From an uncultured Gemmataceae bacterium (GTDB lineage: Bacteria > Planctomycetota > Planctomycetia > Gemmatales > Gemmataceae), in NCBI GenBank assembly GCA_963750165.1, contig CAVVPN010000011.1, forward strand, positions 576,001-640,000: DNA of 64,000 nucleotides, read 5' to 3'. Positions 19,281 through 27,558 of the stretch are shown piece by piece (the stretch's first letter is position 1; each line of letters starts with the position of its first letter). The notes beneath the pieces were generated by a model. It was not told the DNA's origin, did not search any database, and was given only the letters and a program-made list of their open reading frames with translations. A program made the translations under genes and the position numbers.

Positions 19281-20492
19281 ATGAAATTGTTTACCGGAAT
19301 GCTGTTCGCGGGCGTCGCGGCGTTCGCCCTGACCGCGACCAGCGCCGGCCAGCCGCCGGCCAAGCTCTCCCCCGACACGAAGGCACTCGTGGACGACAAC
19401 AACCGTTTCGCGTTCGACCTGTACGGCAAGCTCCGCGACGGCAAGGGCAACCTGTTCTATTCGCCCTCCAGCATCTCGACGGCGCTGGCCATGACCTACG
19501 CCGGCGCCCGCGGCCAGACCGCCGAGGAGATGGCCGCGACCCTGCACTTCCACCTGCCGCGCGAGCGGCTGAACGCGGCCTACGCCGACCTGCTCCGCCA
19601 GCTGAAGGGCGGCAAGGACCGCAAGGCCCGCCTCGAAGTCGCCAACCGTCTGTGGGGCCAGCAGGACTACGGCTTCCTGCCCGGCTTCCTGAAGGTGACG
19701 CAGGACGACTACGGCGCCGGCCTGAAGGAAGTCGATTTCGTCGGCCACACGGAGGAGGCGCGGAAGGAGATCAACGCCTGGGTCGAGAAGCAGACGCAGG
19801 ACAAGATCAAGGAACTGATCAAGCCGGGCCTGCTGACCGTGGACACGCGGTTGGTGCTGACCAACGCCATCTACTTCAAGGCGGCGTGGCTGCGGCCGTT
19901 CGACCCGAAGGCGACGAAGAATGACACGTTCTTCGTCACGCCGAACCAGAAGGCGACCGTCAAGATGATGAGCGGAAACGTCCGCACCAACTTCCGCGAC
20001 TTCGGCGACAAGGCCATCCTGGAGCTGCCTTACGAGAATCTGGAGATGTCGATGGTCGTGCTGCTGCCGAAGCAGGCGGACGGCCTGCCGGCGCTGGAGA
20101 AGGAGCTGACCGCGGCGAACCTGAAGCAGTGGCTGGCGAAGCTGAGCGATCATCGCGTGGACGTGAAGCTGCCGAAGTTCAAGTTCACCGCCGAATTTCG
20201 GCTGGATGACCAGCTCAAGGCGCTGGGCATGAAAAAGGCGTTCGGGCCGGGGGCGGACTTCAGCGGCATGACCAGCCGGGAGAAGCTGTACATTTCCGCG
20301 GTGGTTCACAAGGCGTTCGTGGACGTGAACGAGGCCGGCACCGAGGCGGCCGCCGCGACGGCGGTCATCATGGAACGGCTGTCGGCGCCGCCGCCGGGCA
20401 CCTTCCGGGCCGACCACCCGTTCGTGTTCCTGATCCGCGACAACCGCACTGGCACCGTGCTGTTCGCGGGCCGCGTCGTCAACCCGGGCTGA
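19281..20492 (+). CDS. Secreted serpin 3
   Basis: Same serpin motifs; reactive loop EAGTEAAAATAVIMERLSAPP. Confidence 0.95.
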   Translation: MKLFTGMLFAGVAAFALTATSAGQPPAKLSPDTKALVDDNNRFAFDLYGKLRDGKGNLFYSPSSISTALAMTYAGARGQTAEEMAATLHFHLPRERLNAAYADLLRQLKGGKDRKARLEVANRLWGQQDYGFLPGFLKVTQDDYGAGLKEVDFVGHTEEARKEINAWVEKQTQDKIKELIKPGLLTVDTRLVLTNAIYFKAAWLRPFDPKATKNDTFFVTPNQKATVKMMSGNVRTNFRDFGDKAILELPYENLEMSMVVLLPKQADGLPALEKELTAANLKQWLAKLSDHRVDVKLPKFKFTAEFRLDDQLKALGMKKAFGPGADFSGMTSREKLYISAVVHKAFVDVNEAGTEAAAATAVIMERLSAPPPGTFRADHPFVFLIRDNRTGTVLFAGRVVNPG

Positions 20493-20516
20493 GCGGAGCG
20501 GCTGTCTCTGCCCTGA

Positions 20517-20559
20517 CCCCGTTTACGTTTCGCGCGGCGTGCGCGAAACGTAAACGGGG
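20517..20559. terminator. Palindrome, probable terminator between convergent genes
   Basis: ccccgtttacgtttcgcgc-ggcgt-gcgcgaaacgtaaacgggg. The core resembles 7117-7149. Confidence 0.65.
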
Positions 20560-20583
20560 TTCTTTTGGGTTCAGGTTTCTCGA

Positions 20584-21619
20584 TCATCGACCGCGCCAGA
20601 AAGCGATGCTGATGTGCAGGATGCTCCAGTACGCGAAGCTGGAGCGGGCGAACAACTCGCAGAACCACCCTGCCCTGCCCCAGCAGTGGACCCGCAGCGC
20701 CATCAGCAGCAGCACCGCCAGCGCCACGCCGAGGTGCAGTATCACGAAGCCGCGCGGCGTCGTCCGCAGCCATTGCCACCAGGACGGCCGCTCCACCGGC
20801 GGCCGGCCGGCCAGCTGCCGGCACACGAACACCAGCCAGGCGGTGACGTGGACCAGGATGATGAGGTTGAAGCCGACCGACCCCAGCACCGCGCCAATCA
20901 TCAGCAGACCGAGGATGCCAGCGTAAACCAGCCACAACGGCCGGTGCAACCGCAGTAACTCCCCTGCCCTGCCCCTGCCCCACAGAGCCAGGCTGAGCAG
21001 TCCGCAGCTGGCGGCCGTTAGCAGGACCATCAACACCATCAGCCACACCCGCGGCGAGTCCACCAGGGCGCGCGTTCTCGCAACGGCGCTGCCGTGCAGG
21101 AGGTAGACGCCGACCAGCACCGCCGTCAGCAGCAGGGCCACCGCCACGCTCAGGCGGCCGAGCAGCCGCGCCGTCGCCGCGGGGTCGCCGGGGGCGTCGC
21201 CATACGCCTGAAATAGCCGGGCCTGGTCGCGGACCTCGTGAATCAGGAAATAGGCGTAGAACAGCAGCAGCAGCAGAGGATTGCGCAGGCCGCCGAGCCG
21301 GGCCAGCAGCACGCACAGGGTCACGCCCAGGGTGGTCCAGCCGGCACAGCGCCAGCGCCGCGGGGCGGCGCAGCTGCGGTGAGGTGAGCAGGAATAACCA
21401 GCCGACCAGGAAATGCGCCAGGCCGAGCGCCCGCATCATCACGTCGCTGGGGTTTTCCAGGAAGCGGCGCGGGCTGCGCAGCAGGCCGGTTTCGACGGCG
21501 TAACCGAGGCAGCCCAGCGCGAGCGCCGCGGCGGCGACCAGGACGGCCCGGCCGAACTGGCGCACCGTCGTCGAGGACCACGCGGGCCGTGCGGCCGCCG
21601 ACAGCGCGACGCTTGCCAT
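20584..21619 (-). CDS. Polytopic membrane protein with several TM His residues; apparent frameshift near 21345
   Basis: The hydrophobic N-terminal part (from ORF 20306-21619) joins hydrophobic ORF 20584-21324. Confidence 0.65.
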
Positions 21620-21720
21620 GATGGCGGGCCTCCCTGCCCTGCCGAGGAGGACGGACCACTCCCGAAGTCGGCGGATTATACGCCAGGGGCGCCGCGGACA
21701 AAAGAGAGGATAGATTGTGA

Positions 21721-21788
21721 GGCAAGCGGCGCGGCGTCAGTCCGCCGGTGCGGACCAGCACCGGCGGGCTGACGCCGCGCCGCTCGCC
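21721..21788. repeat. REP-like palindrome family A, copy 2
   Basis: Same arms as 12701. Confidence 0.9.
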
Positions 21789-21919
21789 AAAGCCGACTCA
21801 TTGTCGAGGTCTTCTACCGAGCACATCGCGCTTGCTTTCGACGTTTCTCCACTCGATACTACTTCCAGGGCTGACCCCCTCGCCCCACTTTCCCAAATCA
21901 CCGCAGGAGAAGCCATCCC

Positions 21920-24378
21920 GTGAACGAACAATCTTCCCCCGGCACCCCCGCCCGTTGCGCCGCGGCGTTGACCGCGCTGCTGGGCCTGTTCACCGCGTCG
22001 CCGCTGGAGGCCCAGACCGGCTATCAGAAACCGCCGAAGGAAATCCTGGACGCGCTCAAGGCCCCGCCGACGCCGCAGGTGTCGGTCAGCCCGGACGCCG
22101 AGCACGCGCTGCTGATGCAAGGCGAGACCGCCCCGGGCATCGCCGAGGTGGCCCAGCCGATGCTGCGCCTGGCGGGCCTGCGGATCAACCCGGCGACCAA
22201 CGGTCCACACCTGCCGCCGCGCATCCAGGGCCTGACGCTGGTGCGTCTGCCGGGGGGCGAGCACGTCCCGGTGAAGGGTCTGCCGGAGCAGGCCAACCTG
22301 AACGCGGCGCTGTGGTCGTTCGACGGCAAGCGCTTCGCCTTCACGCACACCACCAGGACCGGCATCGAACTGTGGGTCGGCGACGCGGCCACGGCCCAGG
22401 CACGGCGGTTGCCAGGCGTGACGCTGAACGCGGTCTACGGGCCGACGGTGCAGTGGCTGCAGGATGGCAAGACGCTGCTCTGCCTGGTGGTGCCCGTCGC
22501 GCGCGGCCCCGCCCCAGCCGTCCCCATGGTTCCGACCGGCCCGACCATCCAGGAGAGTTACGGCAAGGTCTCCCCGGCATGGACCTATCAGGATTTGCTG
22601 CGAAACGCCCACGATGCGGCCCTGTTTGACTATTACGCCACCGCCCAGCTGGCCCGCGTGGACACGGCCACCGGGAGGCGAACCGCCGTCGGCAAGCCCG
22701 CCATTTTTGGCACGGTGACCCCGTCGCCGGACGGTAAATTGCTGCTCGTTAGTCGGGTAGTGCGGCCCTACTCTTACCTGCTGCCTGTCACCTCCTTCGC
22801 GCGTGAAATCGAGGTGTGGGACCAGAACAGCAAGAAGGTGCATACGGTGGCCAGCCTGCCGCTGGCGGACCAGGTGCCGATCGAGGGAGTGCCGACAGGA
22901 CCGCGGCAGGTCCACTGGCGGCCGACGGCACCGGCGACGCTGATCTGGGCTGAGGCGCTGGACGGCGGCGACCCGAAAAAGAAGGTGGCGCACCGCGACC
23001 GCTTGCTGGCGCTGGCGGCGCCGTTCACGGGCAAGCCGACGGCCTGGCACAAGACGGTGCAGCGCTTCCTGGGCGTCACCTGGGGCGAGCCGGACCTGGC
23101 ACTGATCCAGGATTACGACCGGAATAAGCGCTGGTCCCGGACGGTGCTGGTCAACGCCGACAACCCGGCGAAGAAACCGCGTGAAGTCTGGAGTTTGTCG
23201 AATCAGGACCGCTACAAGCACCCGGGAGCGCCGGTGCTGCGCACGCTGCCGAACGGTCACCGCATCCTGCAACAACACAACGGCAACATCTTCCTGATCG
23301 GCCAGGGGGCCTCGCCCAGGGGGGATCTGCCGTTTCTGGACCGCATGAACCTGACCACGTTGAAGACGGAGCGCTATTCCGCAGCGCGGAGAAAACCTAC
23401 GAGGCGGTGCTGGCCGTGCTGGCGCCGGACGGCTCCCGAGTGCTGACGCGCTTCGAGACGCCGACGGACCCGCCGAACTATTTCACGCGCGCGCTGCCGG
23501 ACGGCAAGAAAGGCCGGCTGACCGACTTCGCCGACCCGGCCCCGCAACTGCGCGGCATTCAGAGCCGGCTGGTCACGTACAAGCGCGCCGACGGCGTCCC
23601 GCTGTCATTCACACTGTACCTGCCGCCGGGCTACCAGGAAGGCCAGCGGCTGCCGGCGGTGCTCTGGGCGTACCCGCGGGAATACCTGGACGCCAGCACT
23701 GCCGGCCAGGTCAGCGGCTCGCCGTACCACTTCACGACCCTGCGCGGCCCAACGCACCTGTTTTTCCTGTTGCGCGGCTACGTCGTCCTGGACGGCGCCA
23801 CCATGCCGGTCATCGGCAACCCGGAAACGGTCAACAACACCTACGTCGAGCAAATCGTCTCCAGCGCCAGGGCGGCCATCGACAAGGCGGACGAGCTGGG
23901 TGTGATCGACCGCCAGCGTGTGGGCGTCGGCGGCCACAGTTATGGGGCGTTCATGACGGCGAACCTGCTGGCCCACTCGAACCTGTTCCGGGCCGGCATC
24001 GCTCGCAGCGGCGCCTACAACCGCACGTTGACGCCGTTCGGCTTCCAGAGCGAGCGCCGCACGTTCTGGGAAGCGCCGGAGCTGTACTTCAAGGTGTCGC
24101 CGTTCATGCACGCCCACAAGATCAAGTCGCCGATCCTGCTGATTCACGGCGAGCAGGACAACAACTCCGGCACGTTCCCGATTCAGAGCGAGCGGCTGTA
24201 CATGGCCATCAAGGGCAACGGCGGCGACGTCCGCTACGTGACGCTGCCGCACGAGTCGCACGGCTACCTGGCGCGCGAGTCCGTCGAGCACACGCTGTAC
24301 GAGATGCTGACGTGGTTTGATCGGTTCGTGAAGCACACGCCCGGCGCCCGGAAGAACGGCAAGCCCGGCCCGGAATGA
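21920..24378 (+). CDS. S9 prolyl-oligopeptidase-family peptidase; apparent frameshift near 23375
   Basis: Signal peptide and propeller (YQKPPKEI), then GGHSYGAF, HGEQDNNSGT and ESHGY. One added base gives ERLFRSAEKTYEAV. Confidence 0.9.
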
Positions 24379-24545
24379 CAGAACCGGAACCGGTCCCTGT
24401 GAAAAGGCAACGCCTGCGCCGGCCGTGGCGGACGCTCAACGTTCCACGAGGCCGCTGTCATCGGTTCGCGGATTGCTGAAGGGAACTCTGTGTGGGATAA
24501 CAACAGGGGGTGCTTTCCGTCCCGGGTTCCGGGGAGGTCGTTCTG

Positions 24546-25115
24546 ATGACAAACAACGTGAAGCGTTTCTGGATGGTTATGGTGGGGGCGTTGCTGTGCC
24601 TGACCCTGGCCACCGCGGCGGATCTGGGCGCGATCCGCGGCGCACAGGAGCCCGGCCAAGAAAAAGATAAACCCGACCAGGGCGACAAGGGCAAGAAAAA
24701 GGACGAAAAGAAGAAACCGCGGGAAATCTACGGCACCATCGATTTGCGTGATGGTTCGACGATCCAGTGCCAGTTTCTGACGCCCAAGGAGATCACCCTC
24801 CAACTGGAGGATCTGGGCATGGTGACGGTGCCCCTCGCTCAAATCCGGTTCGTGGAAAGTGAGTCCGCCCAGAACCGTGTCTCCACCTTCGGTCTGGACC
24901 TGTTCGTCGGCACGATCACCACGCCGGAGTTCAAGGTGCGACTGCTGAACACCAAACAGGAGGTGACCGTCAAGCGCGAACGCATCAAGCGCATGAACTT
25001 CCCCGATGCGCCGCAGCCGATGGAGTCGCTGTTCTCCGAAGCAAAACCGTTACCGATACCGAAAGACAAGAAGGACAAGAAGGACAAGAAGGGCAAGTCA
25101 AAACCCGAAATGTGA
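24546..25115 (+). CDS. Secreted hypothetical protein
   Basis: GGAGG RBS, signal peptide and Lys/Asp-rich tails. Confidence 0.7.
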   Translation: MTNNVKRFWMVMVGALLCLTLATAADLGAIRGAQEPGQEKDKPDQGDKGKKKDEKKKPREIYGTIDLRDGSTIQCQFLTPKEITLQLEDLGMVTVPLAQIRFVESESAQNRVSTFGLDLFVGTITTPEFKVRLLNTKQEVTVKRERIKRMNFPDAPQPMESLFSEAKPLPIPKDKKDKKDKKGKSKPEM

Positions 25116-25134
25116 GCCCGTTTGGCAGGTCGTT

Positions 25135-25201
25135 TTCGTTCGTAGTTTCGCCTTCAGGCGGTCTTCGCTCAAGACCGCCTGAAGGCGGAACTACGAACGA
25201 A
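25135..25201. repeat. GTAG-type REP doublet
   Basis: ttcgttcgtagtttcgccttcaggcgg...ccgcctgaaggcggaactacgaacgaa. Confidence 0.85.
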
Positions 25202-25205
25202 CCCC

Positions 25206-26222
25206 TCAGCCCAGGTCGCGGCCGAGCGCCCGGGCCACCTGGCGGCACTCCTGCATCAGCTGGCGGAAGGCCGCGGGCGTCAGCGCCTGGAAGCCGTCGC
25301 TGAGCGCCTTGCCCGGGTCGGGGTGGACCTCCACGATCAGCCCGTCCGCGCCCGCGGCCACCGCGGCGCGGGCCATCGGCACCACCAGGTTCGCCTTGCC
25401 GGTGCCGTGGCTCGGGTCCACCATCACCGGCAGGTGCGTGGTCTGCTGCAGGTGCGGCACCGTCGCCAGCGGCAGCGTGAAGCGCGTGTGGTCCTCGAAC
25501 GTGCGGATGCCGCGCTCGCACAGGATCACCTGCGCGTTGCCCGTTTTGAGGATGTACTCCGCCGCCAGCAGGAACTCGTCCATCGTGGCGCTGGGGCCGC
25601 GCTTGAGCAGCACCGGCAGCTTGCTTTCGCCGACCGCCTCCAGCAGCGGATAGTTCTGCATGTTCCGCGCCCCTACCTGGAGCACGTCCGCGTAGTTGCC
25701 GACCAGCGCCACCTGCTCCGGCGCCATCACCTCCGTCACGACCGCCAGCCCCGTCTCCTCGCGGGCCAGGGCCAGCAGCTCCAGGCCCTTTTCCTTCATG
25801 CCCTGAAAACTGTACGGGCTGGTGCGCGGCTTGAACGCGCCGCCGCGCAGGCCGGTCGCGCCCGCCTCCTTGACAAGGTGCGCGATTTCGAGGATTTGCG
25901 CCCGACTCTCGACCGAACACGGGCCGGCGATGACGCCGATGACCTTGCCGCCGACCTGGAGCCGGCGGGCACTGACGCAGGTGCGCTCCTTCTTGACCTC
26001 GGTGCTCGCCATCTTGTACGGGGCCAGGATCGGAACCACTTTCTCCACCCCTTCCAGTGTCTCGAGCGCCTGCTTGGCGCCGTCGCGCTTCTCGCCGAGG
26101 GCCGCCACCACCGTGCGCTCGGTGCCGACGATCACCTGGCTGTTCAGTCCGAGTTGCCGGATGCGCTCGACCACGTCGTCGAGCAGGCGCTGCGCCGCGC
26201 CCGGTTTCATGACCACGATCAT
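25206..26222 (-). CDS. aroF: 3-deoxy-7-phosphoheptulonate (DAHP) synthase, type I-beta with N-terminal regulatory domain
   Basis: [41 protein letters not shown] and DPSHG motifs. Confidence 0.95.
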   Translation of the reverse strand: MIVVMKPGAAQRLLDDVVERIRQLGLNSQVIVGTERTVVAALGEKRDGAKQALETLEGVEKVVPILAPYKMASTEVKKERTCVSARRLQVGGKVIGVIAGPCSVESRAQILEIAHLVKEAGATGLRGGAFKPRTSPYSFQGMKEKGLELLALAREETGLAVVTEVMAPEQVALVGNYADVLQVGARNMQNYPLLEAVGESKLPVLLKRGPSATMDEFLLAAEYILKTGNAQVILCERGIRTFEDHTRFTLPLATVPHLQQTTHLPVMVDPSHGTGKANLVVPMARAAVAAGADGLIVEVHPDPGKALSDGFQALTPAAFRQLMQECRQVARALGRDLG

Positions 26223-26329
26223 TGGGAAACTCCCTGGGGTACTGGTTACGGAACCTGCGCTCTTCCCTGCGACCCTGCCGGCGTTTCCCTCCGCCAGAAG
26301 AACCGTCCTGCCGTGAGGTCGCACAACTG

Positions 26330-26391
26330 CCGTACCGGCAAGCGGCCCGCTTGCCGGTTGTCGTCGGCAAGCGGGCCGCTTGCCGGTACGG
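26330..26391. repeat. REP-like palindrome in the aroF 5' region
   Basis: ccgtaccggcaagcggcccgcttgccg...cggcaagcgggccgcttgccggtacgg. Confidence 0.85.
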
Positions 26392-26397
26392 GGCACA

Positions 26398-26441
26398 CAA
26401 ACGCAAACGGCCCTGAAACCCGTGTTGGGTTTCAGGGCCGT
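26398..26441 (-). terminator. Attenuator terminator upstream of aroF
   Basis: Perfect 15-bp stem (26407-26421 with 26427-26441), followed on the minus strand by TTGCGTTTG. Confidence 0.75.
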
Positions 26442-26471
26442 GAGTGTTTCAAGAGCAAACCCGGAACCACC

Positions 26472-26534
26472 TCACATCCTGACACCCAGGAGAGGGGTAA
26501 AGTAAAACCAGAACCGGGAAACCAAGCTCTGCAT
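26472..26534 (-). CDS. Aromatic-amino-acid leader peptide MQSLVSRFWFYFTPLLGVRM
   Basis: Manual translation shows five consecutive aromatic codons upstream of the terminator and aroF. Confidence 0.8.
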   Translation of the reverse strand: MQSLVSRFWFYFTPLLGVRM

Positions 26535-26549
26535 CGTCAATCCGGGTTG

Positions 26550-26588
26550 GAAAAGAGGCCCCGCGGTGAGATAGACACCGCGGGGCCT
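26550..26588 (-). terminator. Intrinsic terminator
   Basis: 13-bp stem aggccccgcggtg/caccgcggggcct, followed on the minus strand by CTTTT. Confidence 0.65.
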
Positions 26589-26770
26589 TACGAACAAATT
26601 ACGGCTGCACCGACGGCAGCCCGTCGGCGGCGTCAGCTCAGCCGCACCTGGTTACCACTACACACGGGACCACCTCCTTCCGCTAGACACTCCCCAGCCC
26701 CGGGCGGATACCAGCACACACGGGGGTGGGCTCTAGCCCGTCACGCCACGGTAGCGCGACCCGATCAAAC
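26550..26770 (-). ncRNA. Candidate structured small RNA or micro-ORF transcript
   Basis: Bounded by a promoter and a terminator. Contains several hairpins, the extended SD GGAAGGAGGTGGTCC and a 10-codon ORF at 26633-26665. Confidence 0.4.
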
Positions 26771-26776
26771 AAAGAG

Positions 26777-26805
26777 ATCATACACACGACCGAAAACCGG
26801 GGCAA
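26777..26805 (-). promoter_or_regulatory. Sigma70-type promoter
   Basis: TTGCCC-N17-TATGAT with TG dinucleotides just upstream of the -10. Confidence 0.6.
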
Positions 26806-26871
26806 GCGGTTCGCGCCTTTTTCTCGATTTCCCGCCCGGCGCCGCGGCCGCACAATCTCTATAATGCCGGC

Positions 26872-27543
26872 ATGTATGTATTGCTGTTTGACATCGACGG
26901 CACCCTGCTGAACAGCGGCGGCGCCGGAAAGTCCGCCATCGAGGAAGCGCTGGCGGTCCAGTTCGGCGTCGCGGTTACCGCTCAGGTAACCTACAGCGGC
27001 CGTACCGACCGCGCCATCGGCCGCGACCTGCTGCGGCTGCACGGCATCGCCGAGACGGCCGAGAACTGGCAGCGGCTGCTGACCGGCTACCTGGAGCGCC
27101 TGCCGGCGGCCCTGGCGCGACACCGCGGCCAGGTGTTGCCGGGCATCGCGGAACTGATCGGACAGCTGGAGGCGCGGACGGACGCGGTGCTGGGGCTGCT
27201 GACCGGCAACGTCCACGCCGGGGCACGGCTGAAGCTCGGCCATTTCGGCCTGTTCGAGCAGTTCGCGTTCGGCGGCTTCGGCGACCACCATTACGACCGC
27301 GACGAGGTGGCGCACCTGGCCCTGGCGGCGGCGCGGGCGCATCTGAAGCGTGAGGTTGCCGCGGAGCGGGTGTGGGTGATCGGCGACACGCCGCTGGACG
27401 TGCGCTGTGCGCGGGCCATCGGGGCGCGGGCCGTGGCGGTGGCGACCGGCTGGCATTCGCTGGGGGAGTTGGCGGCGGTGGGGCCGGACGTGCTGGTGGC
27501 GGATTTGTCGGACCCGCTGCCGCTGCTGGAGCGGTTGACCTGA
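26872..27543 (+). CDS. HAD-superfamily hydrolase (phosphoglycolate phosphatase-like)
   Basis: LLFDIDGTL, LLTGN and VIGDTPLD motifs. Confidence 0.92.
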   Translation: MYVLLFDIDGTLLNSGGAGKSAIEEALAVQFGVAVTAQVTYSGRTDRAIGRDLLRLHGIAETAENWQRLLTGYLERLPAALARHRGQVLPGIAELIGQLEARTDAVLGLLTGNVHAGARLKLGHFGLFEQFAFGGFGDHHYDRDEVAHLALAAARAHLKREVAAERVWVIGDTPLDVRCARAIGARAVAVATGWHSLGELAAVGPDVLVADLSDPLPLLERLT

Positions 27544-27558
27544 GAAGGAGAGTCGGCC

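Noticed and set aside
26550..26770. 6S RNA, SRP RNA, tmRNA or a 16S rRNA fragment
   Set aside because: The ends do not pair into a 6S-like rod, SRP and tmRNA signatures are missing, and similarity to 16S is limited to the anti-SD complement.
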